This document shows, in pieces, positions 1 through 11,606 of a stretch of 64,000 nt of DNA (its first letter is position 1; each line of letters begins with the position of its first letter). This stretch comes from Lytechinus pictus (lineage: Eukaryota), in assembly GCF_037042905.1 (NCBI RefSeq), contig NC_087251.1:42658001-42722000 (forward strand). The letters run 5' to 3'. The notes below the pieces were generated by a model. The model ran no database searches and was not told where the DNA came from. It worked only from the letters and a program-made list of their open reading frames with translations. The position numbers and the translations under genes were made by a program.

Positions 1-1437
1 ATGCAAATGAAATTAAAAAATGTAGAAAAATGTTTGGTATAATTTCTGTCATAATATTTAATTCATTCACCTTATAAAGTGGTTGAAAGTCCTGAAAATC
101 TGAAGGCTATTGACTTAAAAACTTACTTCTTTTGGCTGCAGTGCACTTTCATCTTCAGACACTTTGTGAAAACAAGGATAGTTTTTTTGAGTTGTGAAAT
201 GTGTGGTAATTAACTCTGATCATAATACATAAATATCTACCCAAATGAAACACAGACTTTTTTTGGTTAAAAAGTTAAATGCCCCAGCCCCCCCCCCAAA
301 AAAAAAAATAGAGAGAAGTGTGTTAACCTCATAAAAGTGAATCATTTCCCAGTAGCAGAATAGAGGATGTTATAATGAGTGTTGTATGGTCATTATGGGT
401 ATAGGAATACATCCTCTTTTAAGCAGGCCTTTGTGCTAAGAAACTATGAAAAAAGACAATTATACTTCTTCCAAATTGAAGTAAAATGATATGAGTATTG
501 CATGTTATTATTTTTCTATTTATCAGGGGTGCACCTGCCTGGTACTGTGGCCCTTGCGTGTAATGCCTATTTTTTTATTTATTCATCCATTTTTTTTGCT
601 GTTGGACATGTGAAATTACCAATGATAAAACCAGAATACAGCTTGCACTGTCACAATGATGAGTTGAACAGCACATAGTTTGCCACATTATAAGGAAGTC
701 TACATGACACCATTTGTTATTTTTCATGAGTTTCTTTCATGCCAATTTCCTATAGCTATTAGACTTCCATTTTATATTTATAAAAGGAATAGTGCGTGTC
801 CTTGAAAGGTGTATCTGTATGTTGCATTGAATTTGCAGTATCCACTATCCATTCTTCCTACCTACGATCTGATACATGTATACCACCAAATGTGGATCAC
901 CAATTCAGACTATATAATTACCCTGTATCTGCCAAATATAGAAAGAGAAGAAAAAAACATAGCTAATATCCTTGAATCATTAACATACATGATTCTTATC
1001 CAATGGACCATGTTTCACATTTACATTCTTGTCACACTGTGACCAAATTGAGGCAATTGAATTATGCATAATGATCACTCTTTTAAGATAAGCATATACT
1101 TGATCTGTAATTGCCCAAAGTGGCTGCATGGACTATAGGGATTCACTATTTATTGTCATTTTTTGCCTTTGAATCCAGTTAAGTATTCAATGTCTAGTAT
1201 CGTAACGGAAGATCGTATAGGGCCTACTCGCCCGTCAAAGTTGAGTGTTCAGTGGTCAATTATACAAACAATCAAGCTTATTCACCAATGTTGTAAGAAA
1301 AATACAAGAGAAATGGACCAATTGCTAACCGTATTGAACTTCATCAAGTAAACAGAATTCACTTCATCTTATTCTTAAGAAAAGGTTTTTCTCTGTCTAT
1401 GGTTTATCTTTTTTTTCCTTTTTATTTTGTATTACAG

Positions 1438-1678
1438 CTTCACCTTCGTATAAGAATCCACCTGCCTACAATGGAAGGTCTCATCACCACGGTCACCACT
1501 TCTACGAAGAAGTCAATCGGTCGTCCCTGCAGAGGCAAAATAGCAAGCCTTCGGTATACGGTTCACCCAACAGTCTTCCGACTTCACACACAGAAGCAGA
1601 TCAAGCTATTCTCTTCCAACAATCAAGTACTACAAACTCACTAGCTCAACTCACAGAATCGATTGAAAGGAAACCACG
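1438..1678 (+). CDS. Gene A (type II membrane, collagen-like stalk protein), internal exon; predicted cytoplasmic region SPSYKNPPAYNGRSHHHGHHFYEEV...ERKPR
   Basis: Long polypyrimidine tract plus tacag acceptor, CG|gtatgt donor; open in phase 1 to phase 2 and joins the next exon in frame. Start codon not found, so it is likely upstream of the window. Confidence 0.75.
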
Positions 1679-3556
1679 GTATGTATTACCATTAGACTGA
1701 GAATCTGCTGTTTTGGAGGCGTCTTTTGACGTTTTCTGAATTTTCTCAGTTCTCCACCTACACAGACAGAAGTCTCCCATAGGACTCGTGATGATGGTGG
1801 TTTGCGCAACGCTTAATTCGAGCTTCTAGGGGGAAAAGGGTGCGCTACCTCATTCTCTTCGATTATTGCTTAAATTCCAGAAAGTGAATAAAGAGTACCT
1901 TTTGATGAATATCCCATCAGTTTCAACTTGGAATAGTTTGGAATAGTAGCAAATTAGGGGCACTTACCAGAACTAAAGACAGGCTTCATTGACAAAATTG
2001 ACACATATCTTGGAAAAAGATTAATAATAAGAGAAGGAGGATGATTTCATTTTCAATGAAATTCATACCAACTTGATGTCTGTATGAAAATTTAATCAGT
2101 ATTATGAGAGTGTAACATTGGCCAAATAGGTTAGGTTTAGTTGTTAAGACACATGATTGAAATATAAATTTTGTCAAGACTTTTCAGTCATAAGGATTGT
2201 TTGCTTTCATAAATAGAATAATTAGAATATATTGATATATTGAATTGAGTAATGCATGCATGCACTGTTACGGTATTTCCATTTACTGATGGTATATTTG
2301 GATAGTCATGCACCAGTTATTAAACAGATAGATAACTCCTCTAAGGCAAACATGCCGACTGACAGGAAGTTAGATTGATAATACAATGGAATGGCTGATA
2401 TCATATCAGCGATATGATATCATATTGTTTAGATTCTAGTGCGATTCAGATCAAACAAACATAAAAATAGGTATCTTTATATCAAAATGTCTTGATTTTT
2501 ATACATTTTATTGTTTTTAAATTTTATTTTGTATTTCTTTTTTTACTTCTTGTTTTTAATTGTATTTCAAGATAAATTGTTTGTGACATTATTTCAATAA
2601 ATAATATGAAATTAAATGATTTTAAACAGTAAAAAGTAAAAATGTTACAAATCTAGAAAAAATCATTTGCATAATTGGAATTCAACATTAAATCATGTTG
2701 TAGAGCAATTTTTGGGCTGACATGCACCTCCATAATGTTGCTTAATATTGTAACCCAGTACCCGGACGTTGCAAAGTTGGCCTCAAGTGTTGTGCGAGAC
2801 TTTGAAACCAAATAGACATGCAATGGTGTGTCGCCAACCAGGTCACATTACAGTACATATTCACCCCGAAAAATGTTGAGGGGCCATAATACCCCCCCCC
2901 CCCCATTCTAGGGATTGATAGGTTAAGAACATGTCATGGCATGTTCAGGTCTAATGAAAGAATAAACACCATTATTACAATTTACAAATGACAAAGTAAG
3001 AGAGAAAAGAGCAAATGTGGAACTGAGCATGAATTCTCTTCATACAATGGGCATAATTTATATACCAGTAAAATGTGTATACATGTACTTGATCAAAGTT
3101 CAGGATTTTGTACCATGCATTCATACTACAGTCACAACCTACATGTACCTTTGTATTGTAACGAATTACTACTGTACCCACACTAATAATGTATATTTGA
3201 TTCAAGCTTGTATGTTTTGAGTGACATGATAAGTCTGTAACCTTTTCCTTTTCATCCGGGGGCATGGCAATATCTATTTATTGCTTTGCAAGATATATAT
3301 AGAGATGATGCTTGTGTTTATTTGAAATAATGCCTGAAGTATCCAATACTACAGAGAACATATTATAGAATATATAATAATATTTTGCTTACCGTAATTA
3401 CATAATGCTTACCACATCAGAGCTATGTCTCTAATCACTTCATGTATACCTTTTCACTGTGGTTTGGCTTACCCACATTACAGTGTATGCACAATCTCCA
3501 CTCCTTGGGGAATAATGATATTGATGTATTGATAAGTCATTATTTGTTTTATGCAG

Positions 3557-3771
3557 GAAGAAAACCAACCCCTTGTATGACAGCTATAGGGATGAAGACA
3601 ATGACAGTAGAACATACCCAAGTCAGTCCGACCCTGTCAAACATAAGAGTCCTGGTAGTTGTATCGGTTCAGTGCTCCGGCATCCTTGTACAATATTCTT
3701 ATTGATAGCTGTTATTATCGCACTCATCGTCTTCTTCGTGCTGCTTTTACTTGGCACAATAACTTCAAAAG
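3557..3771 (+). CDS. Gene A exon with NPLY motif and single transmembrane helix (IFLLIAVIIALIVFFVLLLLG)
   Basis: atgcag acceptor, G|gtttgt donor, phase 2 to 1; strongly hydrophobic ~21-aa stretch. Confidence 0.85.
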
Positions 3772-4170
3772 GTTTGTATTGATGAGTTTCTCTATTATAA
3801 AGCAAATAATGTGGTGTACATGTTAACATACGCTGCATACAGTATTGGAATCTGTTTTAATCTACGTATAGGGCATAGATTTTAAGGTCGCTTTCAATCT
3901 TCAATTTTAATAGAATTCAGATACTGTAACAAATGGCCTTGGGGTGGGGGTCTTGAATATTCTATATCACAAAAATATAAACAATTTAACAATATTTTAA
4001 CAATATTATAAACAATAAGTGTTTATGAAGTTGGAATTCATGTACATAATAACTAGCTTCTTAAACTTAAAATACAATTTTATAACGTATGCTGTAATCA
4101 TCTTTTTCAAACATTTTTTTCCCAAGATAAAATCCATTTGGGTATTCACTGGAATTTTTTTTATTCACAG

Positions 4171-4280
4171 CAGGTGAGACAGCTGCTCGGACTCAGAATG
4201 AATCTAGCAGCGATATTATTGCACAACTCAGACAGCAAGTGGACGATCAGAATAATCTCATCAACAGTATGATGCAAAAG
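4171..4280 (+). CDS. Gene A exon (AGETAARTQNESSSDIIAQLRQQVDDQNNLINSMMQK), start of coiled-coil-like stalk
   Basis: cacag acceptor (tandem CAGCAG), AAG|gtaggt donor, phase 1 to 0. Confidence 0.85.
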
Positions 4281-4314
4281 GTAGGTCTGAAGGTTCGTCT
4301 GTTGGTCTGGTTAG

Positions 4315-5015
4315 GGTGTGTGTGGGTGTGTGTGTTCATCTCCCTGGCAGGGTTAATGAGGAATGTGGGTGTGTTTTTTTTTATGGATTAACAAAATGCA
4401 TGTGGATGGCCTGTTGAGATTTGGAAGTAGGATGATGTGGGTGTGGGAGTTTGTAAGAATTAAAAGATGCACCTGAAAGGCACATGTAGGGATTTGATAG
4501 TGAAGAGATGTGGGTGTGGGTTTTGATGAAAATAATGCAGATGGTATGTTGTTGACTAAGGGATGTGGGTGTGGGTTGTGTGTGAATTGATAATATGACA
4601 CTCGTGGTAGCCCTGTGTTGGGGGCCCGGCTAAGGGATGTGGGTGTGGGTTTGTGTGTGAATTGATAACATGATACAGATGATGCGTCTCTGTTGGGATT
4701 AGATAGGAGATGTGGGTGTGGGTTGTGTGTGAATTGATAACATAATACTGGGGTAGCCTTAGTGATGTGGGTGTGGGTTTGTGTGTTAATTGATAACACA
4801 ATACTGATGATAGGTCCCTATTGGGATTGGATGAGAGATTTTTTTTTGTGTGTGTGTGTGATGATAGTGGGGCTAAGGGATGTGGGTGTGGGTTGTGTGT
4901 TAATTGATAACATGATACTGGGGGTACAAGTAGGCCCTGTTGGGTTTGGCTATTAAAGGGATGTGGGTGTGGGTTTGTGTGTGGTTGTGGGTTTGTGTGT
5001 GAATTCATGAATTGA
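4315..5015. repeat. Degenerate GT-rich minisatellite (core GATGTGGGTGTGGGTTTGTGTGTGAATTGATAACATGATAC) in a gene A intron
   Basis: About 9-10 recurrences of the core with variable spacers. Confidence 0.85.
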
Positions 5016-6123
5016 TACTGATGATACGTTCTTTTAATGGTAGCTTCCCAGCCACCATTTGACATTATGCCATGTTGAGCCATCGTGTTATGCTCAAGTT
5101 TGAGCAGTCAGGATAAATCATCTCATATTATTCACAAGCATAATTTCCTGTTCCTCAAACATTAGATGATTGAAGGAAGGCAAAACTTTTTTTTTGCATG
5201 ACAAATGATGAGCGCTCCTAAATTTTACGATTGATTGAAAATAACACTAGTGCAGTTTTTACGTATGATTCCATATTTGTAGCATTGCATTTCATAATTT
5301 CATTTAAATGTTTGATCCATAGAAACATTTGCAATGATAATTAAAGATTGAAGGCCTGATCATATCTAAAGATCAAGTAGAATACATAATAATCATGACT
5401 TTTGATATTTATATTATGATATGGAATATGATTTTTTCTATATAATTGCAGATTGAGAGACTCGAAATGGCCATTATAAACCCTGGAAATGAGAATGCAT
5501 CTTTGGAAATTAGAGTGGCACAAAATACGTTTATGGTAAGTGATATTATCAGTGTAAATTGTAGCTAGAAATATAAAGATTTATGTTTACTCTGGGCTTG
5601 GCATGATACTGTTTAACAGGAGTATACAAGAAAATGCATATATCATGAAGTTGAAAAGAAAAGGGTGTATTCATCATTTTTCTCTTAATCAGGTATTACC
5701 GTAATGGAAATTATAAAGTTATTGATGATCATCAAAATAATGATATTCTGTTATTATATGGGTCATACCACATTATTTTCTACCACCTCCCTGCACTTCC
5801 AAAATACTTTGGACATTTTTACCCTGGCTTTAGCCTAGAAGCCTCCTACAGGGCACAGCAATTTATGGAATGAATTCTTTGCCAGATACCCATTTACCTT
5901 TCCAGGGTCGAGAGTGGCAAATGAGAAATGATACCTTACCAAATGACATTACCGCTACGGCATGGATTAGGACCTGGTACAATGTGGTTAAACTCTAGAC
6001 TAGAGACTTGTCAATTGCACTACCGTACCTCTTCAGTCTACGAACATTAATTGCTTATACCACACACTTTTTAAAAGAAATGTTAAAATCCATTCTTTTT
6101 TTTTCTCTACATGTATTTATCAG

Positions 6124-6249
6124 TTGATGAGGGTAAATGAATCTCTGTTGGAGTTGGATAGAGAACTTGTTGGAGTAAACACCAAAGCACAAACAGCACT
6201 TGACCAGTCATCCAGCACGATCTCAACCCAGGTTGCATTTTTAAATAGG
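6124..6249 (+). CDS. Gene A exon (LMRVNESLLELDRELVGVNTKAQTALDQSSSTISTQVAFLNR)
   Basis: tatcag acceptor, AGG|gtaagt donor, phase 0 to 0; heptad-like hydrophobic spacing. Confidence 0.85.
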
Positions 6250-6330
6250 GTAAGTGCCATTTTATCTTCATTTGGTCTACAAGTAGTTGGTCTACCTCTT
6301 AGATAGTCTATACAACATGGGCTTAACCCA

Positions 6331-6532
6331 GGCGGGTGTTTCACAAAGTTCAAGTATGATGTAGAGTTGCACCTAGATGCCTAGTTGCGTGCGTTATAAA
6401 GGCATGATGGCATTGGTCAGATCATGCCAAGAGGACGCGCACTGCTGCTTATTGATCAATAAGATTGTGTGCTACATATCATGTACTCAAGTGCGACTCT
6501 AAGCCATACTTCAATCTTTGTGAAACACCCCC
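6331..6532. mobile_element. MITE with GGGTGTTTCACAAAG termini; related copy at ~18880-19151, similar small MITEs at ~7770-7950 and ~15556-15693
   Basis: Terminal inverted repeats gggtgtttcacaaag / ctttgtgaaacaccc; shared internal sequence (aagaggacgcg..tactgc..atcaataagatt) with the 18.9-kb copy. Confidence 0.75.
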
Positions 6533-7427
6533 TGGGTTACTCTCAGTTTGGTATTAACTGCTGTTCGATCAACACTGCACTTGGTCTCCTACTCTCTCTG
6601 TCGATTTCTTATTTAGTCTAATGCCCACTTGGTTCAGTTTCCACTTCATGTACCTATTATTTTACTTTGTCGAATGAAAATGTGGTAAATAAGCAGTTGA
6701 TCTAACCCTGTAGACTAATTGGTGTTAGACCAAACGCATATTAGATGAAATTGGTATTATATAGCCTATTCTGGAAATGAGTCAAAATGGTATATGGTCT
6801 AAATGGCAATTAGACCAAATGGTTAGTAGATGAACTGGTTGTAGTAGAAGCAGGACAAGGCCATATGGGATGAGACTGAATAGAAGTAGATGAACCTGGT
6901 GCAGACAAAAATAAGCCCAGAGCAATTGTTGCAGAAGCCAGTTTTGTATCACCACTGGGATAGGTAAACATTATTCAGTGTTCAAAACAGCTGAAGTTAT
7001 TAAAACATTACCGGTAGTTACATTCAATGTGGTTGATAGTTAAAATGTTACCCCTAAATTCAATATTGATAATGATTTCAACCTTCATTTGACAACAACT
7101 ATTGTCAATTCTGTGACTTAGACTGTGGAGCCTTTGCTTTCCAATTGCCCCAATTGCCAACTCAGGGGTTAATCTTGCTTCTAAATATTACAATATTTTG
7201 GACTGGCCCACAACTTTGCACAGACAATATGGACCTTGAAATGATATTGTATCCAGCTGGGTTATACCTGCCATTGCATCAACCTGACTCAGATGCATAT
7301 ATTGGAAGACGGAGAGATGTAATGCCCCTCCCCTTTTTTGTAGGTAAGGTATATTTAGCAAGGAAAACACTCATGTGAAGGTAATTCTGAATTCTAATGC
7401 ATGTTTATTGATTTTTCTTTCTCCTAG

Positions 7428-7469
7428 ATTACAGTACTAGAGAATCAAACACATAATCTGGATGGACAG
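7428..7469 (+). CDS. Gene A exon (ITVLENQTHNLDGQ)
   Basis: Strong pyrimidine tract plus cctag acceptor, CAG|gtaaga donor, 42 nt, phase 0 to 0. Confidence 0.8.
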
Positions 7470-8622
7470 GTAAGAATGTAATGCCAGTGTCATATCAGGG
7501 AGGGGATGGGGGAAGCTTAAGAAAATACCCTTCCTGATATGACTATCACAACAACTCCATCAACAATATAAAATTAAAAAAAATGGAAATAGAGACAATA
7601 ATTCATAAAATTACCTTGAGACTTCTTTTATTACGCAAGAGCGCCCTCATGCGCTGACAAGAATCGCACATGTACATGACACCAGAAGAAATTTTTTACC
7701 AGAAAAAAAAAAAATTCTTCTGGATGTCAAATTTATCCTCTATACATGGACCTGGGTTAATTAAACCGGTGGGTGTTTCGTAGAGCTGTTCCTAGTTTAA
7801 GAGCGACTTTAAGAACGACTGGTCATTCTTTTTTGTGGTAAATGACATACACCAAAATGTTCTTTGGCGATGGTTTAGCGCTTAAGAAAGGTTCACCAGT
7901 TGTTCTTAAAGTCGCTCTTAATGTACAAACAGCTTTATGAAACGGACCCCTGATCTCAAAACAAGGGTTGGGTATATACCCCAATCCCCCCCCCCCCCCC
8001 CCGATATTAGTTCTTTTGCAATCTACAAAATTGTATAGTCGATCACTCTCAAAGGTATCAATCTCACCGTAATTTGAACTTATTTATGCTAATTCATAGA
8101 CTTTGATACTATTAATCATTCCATTATAATTGAAATATTACATTAGTTCTTATTGCTATTTGGCCTGAGCATTGACATATATATATCAGCTCGAAGCCTT
8201 ATCATGTTCTCTGTTTCAACATATTTTAAACATATCAGTAATCATTTGAAAATGATTGTTTTGACAAACATACCTGAGCTGTCTTGATAAAATAATTGTA
8301 ACTAAATTGCTCAGACTTACAGATTTTGTGAGTGGACCATACATTATTACATGGCTGTATGCAGCCGGGGGGGGGGGGGGGGGGGTGCAGGGGGTAGTTG
8401 CCCCCCTAGAAATTTTGAAATCTTACATTTTTGTCTGAAAATCCTTCAGTTTCACTTTACAAAATGCATAAGAGCCCCAATCACAAGCTCAGTCCCTTCA
8501 CTCATTTGCTTTTGAGTATTTTCTAAATACGCATCCTGCCCCCCCCCCCTGTTTGAATTTTCTGTGTATGGCCATGCATTATTAGAAAAAATAACATTGT
8601 ATTTATCAATTATTTTTTGCAG

Positions 8623-8706
8623 GTGAAATCTCTGAGAGGTAGCCTTCAAACACATAGCCTGGACATTGTCAGTATTAAAGGGGTTAATCAAGAACAAGAT
8701 GATGAG
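8623..8706 (+). CDS. Gene A exon (VKSLRGSLQTHSLDIVSIKGVNQEQDDE)
   Basis: ttttttgcag acceptor, GAG|gtcagt donor, 84 nt, phase 0 to 0. Confidence 0.8.
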
Positions 8707-9643
8707 GTCAGTTTATATAGTCATTTTCTACAAATTGCCAAGTGTACTGTTATCTTTATATGTGGTAGGCTTGAAATTAGATTTTCTTATTTGCTATATC
8801 GACTTTGGGGGAAATATGCAGCAGCAGTTATTGGAAGACTCATTCAATTTTAATTTTATTGTCACTTATGATTACTGAATATTATTGTTCAAGAGAAGGA
8901 GGAACATCCGAGGCCCAGAATGATTAATATGGTGGTAATTGCCGCAATAAATTTATTTTAATTAAGTTGACATAGATAGAGCATGATAAGGCACCCCCCC
9001 CCCCCTTATCAGGGGGACATGCCTCCCCCTCTCAATCTCTTCCTTTCATCCTTTTGAATTTGGCATTTTAGTAAAGAAAAATTTTATTTTATGTCAAAAG
9101 GCCAAATTTAGACCAATTTCTTCTATAAATCAATAATCAGGACTCTTTTAAGCATAGAATAGACTTTCCCCATGATATTTTCATGAAATTTTCCAGCTCC
9201 CTCAGTCTGCTCACTCACACATTGACCTATTCTATGACATCTCAAAACAGAGTGGGGTGGTGACCTATAGGCCCGAATTCACACAGGTGGTTTTTAAAAC
9301 TATCCGTTGAGTCCATCGTTTATGTAGATTTTCAGTATAATTAAATTATTAAAGTATATTAAAAAATATCCAATGCTGATGCGCGCTTTTGTCACAGTGC
9401 GCAATATTGACGCCTGTCGCCATGGTTATCCACGCCATTTTATTCATGAGTCCACTGTTTGAAGAGTGCACTCATTAATTCGAAACAGTGGACTCATGAA
9501 TAATATAGCGTACGTAACTATGGCAACATAAAATTGCTGCCACTGATAATCACTATTATCTTATCATCTGCCCATTTGATGGGTAAAACTAAAAATGTTT
9601 TTTTTAGTCCTTAATGTTGATATTGTTCGATTTCCGTTGGCAG

Positions 9644-9892
9644 ATCACAATATTGAACAGCGATATCAGTGTCGTACAGCAGTCATTTATGACACAGTTC
9701 ATGGAGTACAATGAGAGTATCTACCAAGAGTTAGAGACGATAAGTAAAATGCAAGGTCCCCGGGGCTTCAATGGCAGTGACGGGGCATCTGGCATGTCGG
9801 ATCTTGCACAATGTTCTTATGGAACATTGAATAAAGGATCTCCAATAACACAAACAACAACAACCACTAATGCAGTCTCCTCAGATGGAGTG
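9644..9892 (+). CDS. Gene A exon with end of stalk, short collagen motif GPRGFNGSDGASG and start of Cys domain
   Basis: ggcag acceptor, GTG|gtaagc donor, 83 codons, phase 0 to 0. Confidence 0.85.
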
Positions 9893-10306
9893 GTAAGCCA
9901 TATGTTTTGTTTATGTTTTCTTCTCATTTGTTTGAAAATGTCTGTCTTTCGGTCGTTTATTTTCTGTATTTGTAAAATTTGAATTTAATTTAATTAAAGT
10001 TAATTTATGCTGTAGGGAATTAAAGGACTGCAGTATATCAGTTACTACTGGAGCAACCTTAATAACAAGACTTGAATATTGAAATAGATTGGAAAATACA
10101 TGAAAAAATTACCAAGTGAGTAAGTCACGTCAGTGTATATATCGCTGAGGTGATGTCAAAATAAAAACAAATGCAATTCCTTGCAGCTTTGGTCATGTAA
10201 TGGTGTTTTCACCAATCACCAATTAAAATCTGCACAACCTATTTCATATGAACTAACATTTTGTCTCCTAACGTACTGAAATATATATCATTTCATTTGT
10301 TTGCAG

Positions 10307-10480
10307 ACGGAGATCTTAACAGGCATTTCGTGTTCAACGTTGAATGGAGCCAGAGCACTATTGAGAACAACAGGCTCTAACCCGATATCTTTTAGCTGTG
10401 AATGCAGTGGGAATGATGGAACAGGACAAACTAGTAGATACTGTTATATCCATTACTGGAAGTGTCCTGTAATGAGTTGA
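10307..10480 (+). CDS. Gene A last coding exon (TEILTGISCSTLNGARALLRTTGSNPISFSCECSGNDGTGQTSRYCYIHYWKCPVMS*)
   Basis: tttgcag acceptor, open 58 codons ending in TGA at 10478-10480; AATAAA signals follow at ~10549-10567. Confidence 0.85.
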   Translation, partial: TEILTGISCSTLNGARALLRTTGSNPISFSCECSGNDGTGQTSRYCYIHYWKCPVMS

Positions 10481-11351
10481 TCCTGCGCATACCATATATA
10501 TTATCCCTCTCATTCATGCCTAAATTCTAATAATATTACTATAATAGTAATAAAAAATAATAATAAAAGTTGATTCATGAAACACATGTTGCCATTGGGA
10601 TGTTACGCCTTGTATCTCAAAGTGTAAATATTATGTGGACAGCTGGGACTAAGGCTTAATTTCAGAATTATGACATAATTAGTAGCAACCTTCTTTTGCC
10701 ACGAAAGGGTTCTTTTCAGTAATTGTGAGATTGTTTTCAGATGATGAGGTGAACACCATCGCCATATTCATTTCTAAAATGCAACCTGTTCTGAGCTGAC
10801 CCCAATATTATTCAACATGAAATTTTAACATCCTGCAATGATATATTTACATTTATTTTTTCTTGATAAGGTTGCTCAAAGAGTTAAGTTGAACAGTAAG
10901 ACGTATGGACTTTCAATATATTTCATTGATACCAATTTAGCAGTCATAGAAAATGATTACGGATGATTGAAATTGTGGATTCCATCATTCACTTCCTATT
11001 CTATCCTTGTAAAATTTGGACTTTAGAGTCAAGTTTGAATTATATGTTTTTTCTCTTGTGTATGTACATGAGACATGTGAGAGGATCAAATTCTTCAACG
11101 ATTAATATCCGATTACAATTGCGAATTTATGCTTCTCTCAAACTCTGTGAATTAAGTCATGCCCATGGAAAGTTTTGGTAAAGGGTCACTGAGGCACCTT
11201 GTGAAAAGTCTGAGTTGCATGTTTTCTGCAGGAATCCTGCAAGTGTCTTTTCATTACCAACTTTCACATTTTATTTCGCCGTAGACAAAGTAATGGGGAA
11301 TGCAGAAAAGCTGAATGAAAAGATGCATAGCGCCCTCAAAGATAAATACCA

Positions 11352-11606
11352 GGTCCCCGTCTTACAAAGAGTTACCAATCGTAACTCTATGGAAATCCAT
11401 CAGTGTCATAATTTCTTTACAGGAATTGTCAAAATGTCCTTTGTAAACAAAGGAAACACACCAAATTGTCAAGAAATCAATGAATTTATGGATATACATT
11501 CATATCTATAATTTTTTGTAACAAACATGCATTTCATGTTGACTTTGCTGGCTTTCCATAGTTGCGATTGATTGGATCAATCGCAACTCTTTGTAAAATG
11601 GGGCCC
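11352..11606. mobile_element. MITE family with GGCCCC.TCTTACAAAGAGTT termini, copy 1
   Basis: TIRs ccccgtcttacaaagagtt / aactctttgtaaaatgggg; other copies at 20407-20678, 20680-20932 and ~41630-41864. Confidence 0.85.

Noticed and set aside
4353..5083. His/Pro/Thr-rich minus-strand ORFs
   Set aside because: Arise from the GT-rich intronic minisatellite.
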